A stretch of 64,000 nt of DNA from Dehalococcoidia bacterium (GCA_965197585.1 OZ240215.1:64001-128000); one strand, 5' to 3'. Positions 9,897 to 20,970 are shown, counted from the stretch's first letter. Notes: generated from the letters alone by a model not told the origin. Numbers and translations are program-made.

Positions 9897-11345
9897 CTAC
9901 TTCTCCTTCATTACCTCATGGGAGAGGTCGGCGGCCTTCCTGACCAGGTTTTTCATAGGCGCAGGATCGAAGTTGAAATACAGGGCCAGGAGGTTGGCAT
10001 AGGGAGGGCTCTGCGCGAACAGCTGGAAGGCCAGCTTGTGCCCCGCCATTGAGGAGTCGACCATGTCACGGGTAAAGTGGAGCAGCTTTATGCGGTCCTC
10101 CATGCTCCAGTCCCCGACAGCATAGTATTTTTCGAGGTATTTGCGGATCTCGGGGTTCTTCCATGCGGCGGTGTCGGGGGTGAGCTCTAGCTGACCTCCT
10201 GCCAGCTCCCTTACTATACCCACCATGGCCGGCAGGTTGCTGGATGCGTAGATACGGCCTGCGTAGATGATGGCCTGGTTGGGCATGGTCAGGCCACCGG
10301 GGCTCGGTTCTGCGCAGTGGACGGCAGCGTGAAGGTGGGCGTTGATGGTCTCCCGGTAGCACATCAGTTGCGTCAGCTTCTCCCGAACCTGTGGCACATT
10401 TTGAAGACCGGTCTGCTCGATGTTGAGAAAGGCTGTTCCCAGCAGGTAGTCGGCCCTGAACAGCGTCCTCAGAACGAAGGGAAAAACAACGTACCGGTGT
10501 AACGTGCCCCGGATGTAGGCAGCGGCCTGGGGTTCCCGGCAAAACAGCACGTTCTCCCAGGGCACGAGAACGTTGTCGAAAATTAGCAGCGTGTCGATCT
10601 CGTCGAAGCGGGTTGCTATCGGATAGTCCTTGGGGTCTTTGCCGACCGCGAACCCCGTACGGCATATCAGCTTGAGCCCCGGGCTGTTCATATCCGTGAT
10701 GAAACCGACAGCGTAGTCCTTCAGCCCTTCCCCCCATTGAGCGATGGTCGGCTTTACAAAACCCTGGTTCGCATAACAGGCAGCGGTCTCGTACTTGGCG
10801 CCCCGGACGATTATCCCCTTGTCGGTCTCATCGACGACGTGCAGGAGCATGTCGGGGTCCTGTTCCTGCGGTGGGCGGCTGCGGTCTCCCTTGGGGTCAG
10901 TGTTGCCGCTCACGTGGAACAGGTCCAGTTCCTGGAGCCGGTTAACGTGCCGCTCAACGTTCTCTGCGAACATGGGGTTGAACTTGCGCAGCGTCTCCCG
11001 GGCATCGTACATCGACCAAAGCTCACCCGCAGTGTCGTCCCCGACTCGCTCGACTATCCCGCCAATCTCGGTGAGGACAGTCTCTACGTAGCGTCTCTGG
11101 GCGGCGAGATCGTCGACGGAAGTGGGTGGTTTCAAGGAACGTGCCGCCGGCTCGCCGTTGAAATCAAAAGTGGTGGCGTCCTGGAAGACCGCCTCGTTCT
11201 GCATGTCGTACATGCGGGATCGGACGTCGATGATTGGCTTGAAGGCGGGGTGCGTGGTGATGTCCTTAACCAGCTCACCGTCGTAGTAAACCTCGCGTCC
11301 GTCCCTAATCGATTCCCGGTATTCTTCACCTGTACGTAGTCCCAT
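9897..11345 (-). CDS. 4-hydroxyphenylacetate 3-monooxygenase (HpaB)-family flavin oxygenase component
   Basis: RTGEEYRESIRDGREVY, TDPKGDRS, GIIVRGAK, RFDEIDTLLIFDNVLVPWENV. Confidence 0.9.
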   Translation of the reverse strand: MGLRTGEEYRESIRDGREVYYDGELVKDITTHPAFKPIIDVRSRMYDMQNEAVFQDATTFDFNGEPAARSLKPPTSVDDLAAQRRYVETVLTEIGGIVERVGDDTAGELWSMYDARETLRKFNPMFAENVERHVNRLQELDLFHVSGNTDPKGDRSRPPQEQDPDMLLHVVDETDKGIIVRGAKYETAACYANQGFVKPTIAQWGEGLKDYAVGFITDMNSPGLKLICRTGFAVGKDPKDYPIATRFDEIDTLLIFDNVLVPWENVLFCREPQAAAYIRGTLHRYVVFPFVLRTLFRADYLLGTAFLNIEQTGLQNVPQVREKLTQLMCYRETINAHLHAAVHCAEPSPGGLTMPNQAIIYAGRIYASSNLPAMVGIVRELAGGQLELTPDTAAWKNPEIRKYLEKYYAVGDWSMEDRIKLLHFTRDMVDSSMAGHKLAFQLFAQSPPYANLLALYFNFDPAPMKNLVRKAADLSHEVMKEK

Positions 11346-11508
11346 TTGCTACCTCGGTTGTGTGGGCCGGATACACCGGGCCCAAGAGTGCGCTTCGGAG
11401 CCCGACGAGTCAAAGAGTGGTCGCCTTATCCCCCAAAGGCAATGATTATCCTAACTTAGCGCTTTCACCTTTGGCAACTTGGCGCGGTTGCCCAGTGGAT
11501 TGAGTCGG

Positions 11509-12213
11509 CTAGCAACCGTACCGCCCGTCAATCGACCCTGCGAATGCCACCGATTGGCCGGGCTCCAGACCTAGTTCGGCGGCCTCGCCGGCGTTGATTT
11601 CCAGCACGTATTGCATGTCGTCTTGAGGGCTTATGCGCGCAAGGTCTGAGTCCTCGGTGCCAGGGGGAGGGGGCGGGACGTCTCGGGTGATTTCACCTAT
11701 CGTGCAATCTGCCCCTATCCACACGAAATCCAGCGGGAATTGCATTCGCTTCATCCAGAATTGCAGTGGCATCGGCGATTCGAAGATGAAGAGCATCCCT
11801 GCGCCCGAGGCAAGGGATGGCCTACCCGAGAGCCCCTGCTGACGCTGCTCAGCAGTCACTGCCACTTCAACCGGGAACGCCACGATACCAATGACCACGG
11901 TAGGACTTGTGTAGAGAGGAGTTGGGGTTGGGGCCGGCTGTGTAGGGGTTGGTTCAGGCGTGACAGTCGGGACTTTGGTGGGCATAGGTGGAGGAGTTGG
12001 GTGAGATGTCGCCGTTAGTATGGGTCTGGCCGTGGCGGGCGGAAGTGTGGGCGCTGGCTGGAGTAGTGCGGTTGGCGTAGGGGAGGCGGGAAGATGTGTG
12101 GGCTCAGGAGTTGGGACCGAGGAAGGCGTCAGTGGTGGGGATGAGGTTGATGTGCAGGCCGACACCGAGGCAAGGAAGACCGCTGCTAGTGTCAGGACAA
12201 CTGCTATCTTCAA
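11509..12213 (-). CDS. DUF192-domain lipoprotein with P/T-rich linker
   Basis: Signal peptide ending VSAC, PT linker, GMLFIF..FWMK.M.FPLD, YVLEINAG. Confidence 0.85.
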   Translation of the reverse strand: MKIAVVLTLAAVFLASVSACTSTSSPPLTPSSVPTPEPTHLPASPTPTALLQPAPTLPPATARPILTATSHPTPPPMPTKVPTVTPEPTPTQPAPTPTPLYTSPTVVIGIVAFPVEVAVTAEQRQQGLSGRPSLASGAGMLFIFESPMPLQFWMKRMQFPLDFVWIGADCTIGEITRDVPPPPPGTEDSDLARISPQDDMQYVLEINAGEAAELGLEPGQSVAFAGSIDGRYGC

Positions 12214-12312
12214 GGGTTGCTCCCGTCAAGTCGGGGCAAATAGTATCCCGAGCTCTTTGCTCGACACAACAGGAGAAGGCTCCCGCTGTGGGAACTTTGA
12301 GCTGTTCGGGGG

Positions 12313-13134
12313 CTAACCTGTAACGTGGGCCCGCCACGCCGAGCCTTCAGTCCGTTCCAGAAACTCGGCATGGATTTGAGCGTTGGTGGCGATGATGCTC
12401 GGCTTATGAAATTCTGCATGCCCACCTGATCCCGAGGTTATGACTCCCCCAGCCTCCCGTACCAGGAGCAGGCCGCACATTACGTCCCAGGGGGCCAGGG
12501 AGTGATGAAAGTACAGGTCCACCCTGCCGCAGGCGGCCCAAGCCAGGCCCAGCGCCGCCGACCCCATGATCCGTATGGTCTGCATACCGGGCCAGAGATT
12601 GGCGAGCAATTCCAGGCCTAGGCGGGCCATCTCCTCGTCGTAGCCCATTTCGGTGGCGAGTACTGAGGCGGCTATGGTCTCCTGTTGAGACACCGATATA
12701 GGCGCCCCGTTAAGGAATGCGCCGGCCCCCTTGATGGCGTGAAAAAGCTCCTTACGCAGTGGATCTAACGTGAGGGCGAGGAGCATGTCACCCTCGTAGG
12801 CCAGGCCGAGATTCACGGCAAAGTGTGGGTTCTCCGAGGCGAAGTTACGGCTGCCGTCCAGCGGATCTATTATCCAGGTGTAGCCTGCAGAGCCCTCGAT
12901 AGCGCCCTTTTCTTCGGATAGGATGGAGAAGTCGGGGAACTCCCGATGGAGGTGGTCTATAACGCGGGCCTCGGCGCGGTAGTCGGTGTCGGTTACCACA
13001 TTGCCGCGACCCTTGAAGTAGACCTGCTTCTGTCTTCGGAATCCCCTGACCAGGGTGCGGCCTGCGAGGGCGACCGCTTCTCGAGCTACCTGTTCGGCGG
13101 TCTTGCCGGTTGCGGATAAGGGGACTTCGCTCAC
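12313..13134 (-). CDS. suhB: Inositol monophosphatase family protein (SuhB-like)
   Basis: SEE, WIIDPLDGSRNF, GSAAL, PWD..G.LLVREAGG. Confidence 0.85.
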   Translation of the reverse strand: MSEVPLSATGKTAEQVAREAVALAGRTLVRGFRRQKQVYFKGRGNVVTDTDYRAEARVIDHLHREFPDFSILSEEKGAIEGSAGYTWIIDPLDGSRNFASENPHFAVNLGLAYEGDMLLALTLDPLRKELFHAIKGAGAFLNGAPISVSQQETIAASVLATEMGYDEEMARLGLELLANLWPGMQTIRIMGSAALGLAWAACGRVDLYFHHSLAPWDVMCGLLLVREAGGVITSGSGGHAEFHKPSIIATNAQIHAEFLERTEGSAWRAHVTG

Positions 13135-14129
13135 CAGTCCTTGGCCTTGAGGCCCATCTTCTCCCTGACCTCTTCCAAGGTCTCGCGGGCAATGACGCTC
13201 GCCCTGCGGGCCCCATCGTCGAGGACCTCTCTGAGGTAGGCGGGCTTCTCAGCGAGCTGACGTCTGCGTTCCCGGAACGGCTCCAGGTCATCGTTGATGC
13301 CATCGGACAGCATACGCTTGCAGTCGACACACCCTCGCTGGGCGGTGCGGCACTGCTCGGCGATATCTTCTATTTTGTCGGGGTTGAACTGCTTGTGCAG
13401 AGAGAAGACGTTGCAGACCTCCGGGCGTCCGGGGTCACTGCGCCGCTGGCGCTGAGGGTCTGTTACCGCTCCCATTACTTTTTTCCGCGTTTCATCCGGC
13501 GAGGCTGCTAGTTCGACGTGGTTGTCGAGGCTCTTGCTCATCTTGTGACTACCGTCCAGCCCGACAATGAGGGGGGCCTCGGTGAACTTTGGCTGGGGTT
13601 CCGGGAAGGTGGGCCCAAAGATATTGTTGAACCGCCTCACTATCTCGCGGGCGAGCTCCAGGTGAGCGACCTGGTCCTCCCCGACGGGCACGGTGTCGGC
13701 CTTGTACATCACGATGTCAGCGGTCATCAGGACGGGATAGCCGACAAGCCCGTAGTTAATGTTGTCCGGCTGATTGCGGGCCATCTCCTTGAAGGTAGGG
13801 ACTCGGGTCAGCCACCCGTGGGGCGTGACCATGCTGAGGAGGGTGTGCAGGGTGAGGACTTCTGGGACATGGGACTGGACGAAGAGGATGGACTTGTCGG
13901 GGTCGAGGCCCGCGGCTAGCCAGTCGAGGAGCATCTCCTTGATATTGTCCTGCATCTGGGAGGTGTTCTCCAGGGTGGTCAGGGCATGAATGTCGACGGC
14001 GCAGTAAATACAGTCGTAGTCGTCCTGAAGGGCGACGTAGTTCTGGATTGCGCCGAGGTAGTTGCCGAGGTGCTGCCGGCCCGTGGGCCGTGCCCCGGAG
14101 AACACCCTGCCTTTTTTGCCGCTGGTCAT
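13131..14129 (-). CDS. trpS: Tryptophan--tRNA ligase
   Basis: HLGN, GYPVLMTADI, VPVGEDQ, KMSKS. Confidence 0.97.
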   Translation of the reverse strand: MTSGKKGRVFSGARPTGRQHLGNYLGAIQNYVALQDDYDCIYCAVDIHALTTLENTSQMQDNIKEMLLDWLAAGLDPDKSILFVQSHVPEVLTLHTLLSMVTPHGWLTRVPTFKEMARNQPDNINYGLVGYPVLMTADIVMYKADTVPVGEDQVAHLELAREIVRRFNNIFGPTFPEPQPKFTEAPLIVGLDGSHKMSKSLDNHVELAASPDETRKKVMGAVTDPQRQRRSDPGRPEVCNVFSLHKQFNPDKIEDIAEQCRTAQRGCVDCKRMLSDGINDDLEPFRERRRQLAEKPAYLREVLDDGARRASVIARETLEEVREKMGLKAKDW

Positions 14130-14255
14130 GCGTTTCGTGGGTGGGGTCGGGGGGGTTGGGATCGGTTGCAGTTTAGCATACCTGTGGTAAATTTCACACG
14201 GTCGTCACCTGGCCGCCAACTCATCCCCGTTCCGCATCTTTAGGAGTGAAACAAG

Positions 14256-14759
14256 ATGTCAATCCGCTCATTCGAGGGCAAGACTCCCCGCATCCACCCC
14301 TCCGCCTACGTTGACCAGGATGCGGTGCTCATTGGGGACGTGGAGGTCGGGGAGGAGTGCATGATCCTGCCCGGAGCAGTCATCCGCGCCGACCACGGCA
14401 CAACCAGGATAGGCAACCGCAGCAACGTGCAGGATAACGTGGTCATCCACACCGGGGGAGTCGATATCGGGGAGGACGTAACCATCGGGCACGCGGCAGT
14501 TGTGGAAGCGAGAAAGATCGGCCACCATTCCCTGATAGGCATCAACGCCACCCTTCTCGCCGACTCCGAGATCGGAGAGTTCTGTCTGGTGGCCGCGGGT
14601 GCGGTAGTGAAAGAAGGCGCCCGTGTCCCGCCCTACTCCTTCGTCGCTGGAGTCCCGGCCCAGGTAAGGCCTCTCAAGAAAGAGCTGGCCGACCACCTAA
14701 AAACCGCCAGCGAACTCTACACCTGCATGATCCCAAGATATAAGGTGGGTTTGGGGTAG
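14256..14759 (+). CDS. Gamma carbonic anhydrase family hexapeptide-repeat protein
   Basis: IGDV, IRAD, SNVQDNVVIH, TIGH, GVPA. Confidence 0.9.
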   Translation: MSIRSFEGKTPRIHPSAYVDQDAVLIGDVEVGEECMILPGAVIRADHGTTRIGNRSNVQDNVVIHTGGVDIGEDVTIGHAAVVEARKIGHHSLIGINATLLADSEIGEFCLVAAGAVVKEGARVPPYSFVAGVPAQVRPLKKELADHLKTASELYTCMIPRYKVGLG

Positions 14760-14781
14760 GGGATTACGGAGAATGCCTGGT

Positions 14782-16287
14782 CTAGCTGTCCGACTGCGCG
14801 GTGCCGGCCGAGGCTAGATCAGAGATAGCCTCCTCGAAGCCTTGCTGGTCTCGGTTGGTGCGTAATAACTCCGCTAACCGGTCTACAATGGTCTCCTCCT
14901 CAGGCCCGACGGAATCCATGAACGGCAACCGTAGTATGCGTATCGCCCCCTCCGGATCTCGATAATGGATGTCTTGTAGATCGAAGAAAATCTGTACGTC
15001 CGGGTTGGTGAGATCATCCAACATCCACGGTTTCCTCGTCAGTTCCAGGAGGAAATCAGGGGCGCGATCGGCAAGGGTGAGCATATCCAGGATGATTGAC
15101 CTCTCGAATTCTTCTGGGTCCGGGTTGATGCTTCCAGAGTTTCGCGGGGGAACATAGGTTAAGCCGTCTTGGACCCAGGCCATCGCATTAATGGCAGCGG
15201 CGATGTCGGGCGCGGTCTCTTCCAGATCGAGAATTAGGACGTAGATGGCCTGCTCGTTTGTTATGCCACCCCCGCCAGAGTGATTGTCCAGGATGTAGTT
15301 AAGGGTGTCGGGGTCGTTCTTGGCGAGATCGAGGAACCGGGTCAGAGTCTGGTGGTCGACCCACTCAATTGTATCCATGAAGGGCATGTCGGCAATTAGG
15401 ATCACGGCATCCTCATTAATGGCAGCAATTTCGACGAGCCGCTCAAGAGCCGAGTCGTCCATGTCCGTCTGCGGCGGCAACCAGGCCCGGTCTGAGTCCA
15501 GGAAGTGTCTGAAAGTTCTCTTGGAAACCCTTGCCAGCTTTTGAAGCAGGGTGAGCCCCTCATGTTCGTGAAGGTATAGGCCGTCTTCTACCCAGTCTAA
15601 GGATGACGGTTCCGCAGCCGCGCCCGGGTCAACCGATTGCAGATAGACGAGGGGAATATGCGTTTCTTGATTAACTCCAGTGACTGATTCATGGCCGAGC
15701 AGGGAGGCAAGGCCTTCGGGATCAGACCAGGTTAGATCAACCATGAACTGTACAATGTCCGAGTCCCCCCACTCTATGGCATCCAGAAACGGCAACTGGA
15801 TGGCTTTGTACGCTGCGGCCTTGTCCCGAAAGGCTAAGGTATTCAGAAATCTCAGGACAAGCGGTTCAACGTGATGCGGATCGTTGTCGGGATCCCTTAG
15901 CCAGGGTTTCTTCACTATCTCGCAATAGACCTCTGGATGAAACTCTGCCAGGCTTCTGAGAGCATCCCCCTTGTACGGGTCGGTCATTGAAGCTTCGTCC
16001 ACGGCGCAGGGGAGGGCAAGGGCAGGGTAAGTGGGAGCAGTGGTCGCCGAGGGCGCTATCACGACGGCAGTAGCCTGGGTCGGCGCTTGCGCAATTTCGA
16101 GTTCCGGCGGCACAGTCGGTATCGGGGTGCCGGTGGGTACGGGCGACAGTCCTACATTGGCTGGCGTTGGGTCAGGAATAGGGGTTACTGGTGCCAGCCC
16201 ACAGGCCCAAACCAAGGATAGAGTTGCCACGGACAAAACGGCTAACCTTAGCCGTCTGCCTACTAGTCTCGGCCCCTCGCTCTCCAA
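14782..16287 (-). CDS. Hypothetical repeat lipoprotein (paralog of the N-terminal half of the upstream gene)
   Basis: VWAC lipobox, PT linker, repeated W(V/L).DG(L/I)...E and (L/M)PF(L/M)D modules. Confidence 0.75.
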   Translation of the reverse strand: MESEGPRLVGRRLRLAVLSVATLSLVWACGLAPVTPIPDPTPANVGLSPVPTGTPIPTVPPELEIAQAPTQATAVVIAPSATTAPTYPALALPCAVDEASMTDPYKGDALRSLAEFHPEVYCEIVKKPWLRDPDNDPHHVEPLVLRFLNTLAFRDKAAAYKAIQLPFLDAIEWGDSDIVQFMVDLTWSDPEGLASLLGHESVTGVNQETHIPLVYLQSVDPGAAAEPSSLDWVEDGLYLHEHEGLTLLQKLARVSKRTFRHFLDSDRAWLPPQTDMDDSALERLVEIAAINEDAVILIADMPFMDTIEWVDHQTLTRFLDLAKNDPDTLNYILDNHSGGGGITNEQAIYVLILDLEETAPDIAAAINAMAWVQDGLTYVPPRNSGSINPDPEEFERSIILDMLTLADRAPDFLLELTRKPWMLDDLTNPDVQIFFDLQDIHYRDPEGAIRILRLPFMDSVGPEEETIVDRLAELLRTNRDQQGFEEAISDLASAGTAQSDS

Positions 16288-16408
16288 CGACCAACCTTTC
16301 CGGTAATTGCCTATCGCCTAAGTTTCTATTCAATTCTTCGTAAATGCCAACTAGCCAAAGGTCGCAGAGACGGAGAGAGAACACAAGTGTTTGGGTATGG
16401 GGATGGGG

Positions 16409-19216
16409 TCATTGCGACTCCCCGTAGTACCACCGGTCTATAATCCCTCCGGCGGTATCGGCAAACCCGGGTGAGGCATCCTCAACGAAGGCCTTTCGCG
16501 CATAGCAAAGACCTCTTTCGACTCCGAAGCACTCATCATTGTGTTCTTCATTCCGCATCTTTAGGTACAGCCCGCCGAATCCTCTCCGGAACTCTTCGCC
16601 GCCCAGGCTGTTGTACAAGTCCGCATACAACCCCAGTCCCATCGTGTAACTGCACCGCGACCACCAAACCGTATCTTCATCAAGGCCTGGTCCGTACGTT
16701 AATTGGTCTAGTTCTCCCAGAGTCTTGGCCAGGCTACATCCCGTCTCACTCAGCGAATTCGCTGCTTGGTCAAGCTCGCCAATCACTATTTTAGCCATCA
16801 GCTCGGCTGCACCTTCTCGAATCCATGGAGGATAAAAGTTCCAATAGGTATGGCCAGCCTCATGGGCGATAAGCTCCGTGTCCTCCACGTATTCAGGATG
16901 GACATAGATGATCCCGCTGGGACCTCCCCCTCCCCTCGGCCCCTGCCCTTCTATCGCAACTATGGCTGCCACGTTACTGGGGTAGGCCACTTTCATAAAG
17001 GTCTCGTATTGGCGGACGACATCCTCCAGTATGGCTAGGGTGCGGAAAGTACCGGGCATACTGCGGAGTGTCGCTACCGTCATTTCACCGGCAAGCGGGA
17101 GCGTTATATTGCGTTCTTCCCGGTAAATTTGTTCTGGGTCCAGCAGTGAAGTCAACTTTTCTGGTGCCTTTTCTGCCACCGTAGCCAGTACCGCAATGAC
17201 TAGGGCGTCCTCATCAACAATGCCTTCGCTCAGAGATGGGTGGTTCAATACCTGTTGCAAGTGACCCCCGTCTCCGTCATGGTGCAGACTCGCCAACGCG
17301 GATACTGCTGCTGCATCCAGTGGATCAAACGCATCCAAAAACGGCATAGCCACTATTCTCAAAGTTGTGTCTACGTCCCGCTGGCTCCATGACTGTCCGG
17401 ATATGGATATCAGTCTGGAAATCGCATGTGCTTCTCCTTGGGTAATTCCATCCCATACCCAACGCTTTTCTATTATTGCCATAAAGACGGCATCGGTTTC
17501 TAAGGCCAGTTCAGTCAATGCCCAAACGGCATTGCCCTCAGATGCACCAAGCCCATCCTGGATCCAGGGCAGGGCCTCTATCGCTTTGTATTCTTCAGGT
17601 TGTCGTACCTTTACCTCCAGTAGTTGCACTGCTGAAATATTGTCATTTGAAATTCCTCCCGCCAGTGCCGGATCTGACAAAAATTCACGAAGCGATACTC
17701 CACTGTATTGTTCCAACTCGGCCAGTGTCCAAAGAACTTCTGAGTCATATGGGTCAATCTTGTCCAGGAACGGCATGTTCAGAAGTTGGACAGTCACTTG
17801 CGGATAGCTGCTGGTGAGGTTAAATAATGGGCCCATTGCGCTCAATTCCACGCTGCTCACGCCGTCTCGTACCCAGGACTTGGCTGTTAGTGCCAAAATA
17901 ACCTCCGGGGCCCGAGTGCCCATTTCGATCAAGCTATCCACAATGCTTGTCTCATGTTCTGTCGGGTCTGGATTGGCGCTTCCCCAATCCCTTGGTGGCA
18001 CGTAAGTAATCCCGTCCTGTACCCATGGCAGGCCGCTAATGGCAGTGCCTATCTCAGGGTTGGTCTGCTCAAGCTATAGAAGCGATACCTGGATAACAAG
18101 TTGATCTGTGATCCCATCCGCTAGAGTCGGGTGTGAGAGGACTTTTTGTAAGCTCTCTGGATTGTTTTGGGCCAATTCCTGTAAACGGCGCACGGTCTCC
18201 AGGTCTCCAAATTCAATGGTCTCCATGAATGGCATCGAGACCAAACAAATGACCGTGTTTTCATCGGACTTACTCCAGTCGACCAATCTCTCAAGCGTTG
18301 CGTTGTCGGCCCCTGTCTGCAAAGGTATCCAGGCGAGTTCACTGTCCATTAGGTGCCTGAATAATCCGTTTGAAGCAATGGCTGCTTGTACAAGAAGCCG
18401 CACGGTACCGTGCTCAAACTGATGGAGCCCATCCATGACCCAAGCTTGGGCAGCAATTTCGCTGGCCGCAGCTGGATTATTGAGTTCAAGGTAGATCAGT
18501 GGTATCGGCTTACTGTCTCCGGATTGCACCGAATCGTGAGTGAGGAATTCCACGAAACTCACCGGGTCCGACTGGGATAAGCCCGCCATGAATTGCATAG
18601 CGTCCTGGTCACTCCACTCAATGGTATCCAGGAACGGCAGACTCACCACTTTAATCGCTGCTGCCTCGTCCGGGATAATCATCCGATCCAGGTAAAGCAA
18701 TACTACGGGCTCAATGCCGCCTCGGTCGTCCCCTCCTTCCGTTATCCATGGCCGCTTCACCAGTTCACAATATGCCCAGGGGAACCGATGCCATAGCGTA
18801 GCGAGGACGCCCTCTTTATAGGGATGCGGGTCTGCTATTGCTACCTGTGCCGGGTTGCAAGGTGGGACAGGTGTAGGTATGGCGGTTGGTGTAGGTATTT
18901 GCGTCGGAGTAGCTGTCGGGGCAGGAATAGGTGTTGAAGTAGGAACAGCGGTGCTTGTGGGAATCGGCACAGGCGTAACCTCCGACACCGGAGATGCCTC
19001 AGGTGTCAGGCCGGCTTCCAATGTCGGCGTTGGGTCTTCGGTCGATGGCACTCTCTCAGTAGGTGACGGTGCTGTCGTAGTCGCTGTCGTAGTCGAGTCC
19101 GGGGTTGGAGTGCCTCGCGATGGAGCGCAAGCCCATATCAAAGCCAAGACAAGCAAAACTACCGATCCACTCCACACAATGCGGGGCCAGAATCCCGCCC
19201 TTCCACTCCCCTTCAT
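16409..19216 (-). pseudogene. Repeat lipoprotein with C-terminal HExxH zinc metallopeptidase domain, interrupted by in-frame TAG at 18074-18076
   Basis: ORFs 18074..19216 and 16409..18001 are in the same frame; the gap translates as LEQTNPEIGTAISGLPWVQDGITYV, aligning with paralog LEETAPDIAAAINAMAWVQDGLTYV; AHEAGH...WIREG motif. Confidence 0.7.
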
Positions 19217-19308
19217 CTCGTCTCCCCGGCAATCGCCTGCCTGCCTACGCGTCTATCCAAATCTTGCCACCAATCCCTAACCATCCAAAGCCCCCAACCC
19301 CCCCTGCC

Positions 19309-20970
19309 TTACATCTGCTCGGGCGCCGACATGCCCATCAGCCTCAGGCACCGAGCCAGGACGGTTCGGGAGGCGGAGACCAGCTTGAGCCGAGCCTTGG
19401 AAAGCGGCAGGTCATCGCTGAGGACGCGGCACTTTTCGTAGAAGGAATGGAACAGGGCGGCCAGCTCCTGGGAATAGTGGGGCAGGTGCTGGGGCTCCAG
19501 TGTCTTGGCTATTAACTCCACCGTTTCGGGGAGCTTGAGCATCTGCCTGATTAGCATCATCTCCGACTCTTCGCCCAGCAAAGTGACATCCGCTTCCGAG
19601 AAGTCGATGCCCCGCTCATCGGCAATGCGTAGAATGCTGCACATGCGGGCGTGGGCGTACTGAAGGTAGTAGGCAGGATTATCGAGCGACTGGCTTTTCG
19701 CAAGCTCCAGGTCGAACTCCATCTGGCTGTCGGGGGAGCGTGAGAGGAAGAAGAAGCGGCACGGGTCTGCACCGACCTCCTCCACCACCTCTCGCAGCGT
19801 TACGATTGTCCCCCCGCGCTTGGACACCTTGTCGACTTGGCCGCCCCGTTTGAGGGAGACCATCTGGGATAGGAGGATGTCCAGATGGGAAGGATCGACA
19901 CCCAGGGCCCCGACCGCCGCCTTCATCCGGGAGACGTGACCCTGGTGGTCGGCGCCCCAGATGTTTATCACCCGGTCGAAACCCCTGGTGACGAACTTGT
20001 CGTAGTGATAGGCGATGTCGGAGGCGAAATAGGTCGGGTTGCCGCTTCCCCGGACGAGAACGTTGTCCTTGTCCTCGCCGAGAGCGGTGGAGACGAACCA
20101 CGTTGCGCCATCCTTGTCCCGGGTGTGGCCCTCGGAGGCGAGTCTTGCCATCGTCTCTCCGTACCGGCCTGAGTCGAAGAGGCTCTGCTCGCTGAACCAG
20201 ACGTCGTGGTGTACACCCACCTCTTCAAGATCCGTCCGTATGGAGTCCAGCATCTTTCGCAGGCCCAGGGCTCCCAACTCCCGTAAGGCGTCCTCCTCGA
20301 CCATGTCCCGGAACTTGTCGCCTTCTTCGGAAATCAATTCCTTGGCGAGATCTATGACGTATGCACCCACGTATCCGCCCGAGGGCATTTCGGCTTCTAT
20401 GCCGAACTCCTGGAGGTAGCGGGCATAGAGGGAGCGGTAGAAGAGGGTCATCTGGGTGCCGGCGTCGTTGATGTAGTATTCTTGCTCGACAGAGCTGCCG
20501 GCGGCCTGCAGTATTCGGGCAAGCGCACTTCCGAGCACCGCCCCCCGCCCGTGCCCCACGTGGAGCGGTCCGGTGGGATTGACGCTGACGTACTCCACCT
20601 GCACCCGGGCCCCTCGCCCCGCGTCAATGTTCCCGTATGAGTCCCCAGCTTCGACTATGGCGTTGATCTGGGCCTTTAGCCAGTCTGCTTTCAGCAGAAA
20701 GTTGATGAATCCCGGCCGGGCCAGGGTCACGCTCTCTATCTCCTCCGAGGAATCGAGATTGTCGAGGAGGTGCTGTGCGATAACCAGGGGACTCATGCCC
20801 GCACCCCGTGCCAGCTTCAGTGGAGCGGTGACGGCATAGTCGCCGTGCTCTGGCTTTTGGGGTCTTTCAACGACAGTTTCCGGGAGTGTGATCTGGGGCA
20901 GGACACCCTTGTCCTGGGCCTTCTGGGAGGCCTCTCTGATCATCGCGTCTATTTTGTCTCTGATAGTCAT
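19309..20970 (-). CDS. argS: Arginine--tRNA ligase
   Basis: HGDYA, EYVSVNPTGPLHVGHGR, WGADHQG, YLQYAHAR; start set at MTIRDK. Confidence 0.96.
   Translation of the reverse strand: MTIRDKIDAMIREASQKAQDKGVLPQITLPETVVERPQKPEHGDYAVTAPLKLARGAGMSPLVIAQHLLDNLDSSEEIESVTLARPGFINFLLKADWLKAQINAIVEAGDSYGNIDAGRGARVQVEYVSVNPTGPLHVGHGRGAVLGSALARILQAAGSSVEQEYYINDAGTQMTLFYRSLYARYLQEFGIEAEMPSGGYVGAYVIDLAKELISEEGDKFRDMVEEDALRELGALGLRKMLDSIRTDLEEVGVHHDVWFSEQSLFDSGRYGETMARLASEGHTRDKDGATWFVSTALGEDKDNVLVRGSGNPTYFASDIAYHYDKFVTRGFDRVINIWGADHQGHVSRMKAAVGALGVDPSHLDILLSQMVSLKRGGQVDKVSKRGGTIVTLREVVEEVGADPCRFFFLSRSPDSQMEFDLELAKSQSLDNPAYYLQYAHARMCSILRIADERGIDFSEADVTLLGEESEMMLIRQMLKLPETVELIAKTLEPQHLPHYSQELAALFHSFYEKCRVLSDDLPLSKARLKLVSASRTVLARCLRLMGMSAPEQM

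Noticed and set aside
18074-18076. Pyrrolysine codon
   Set aside because: Non-catalytic repeat position, no pyl genes in the window, and a single substitution from Tyr or Glu explains it
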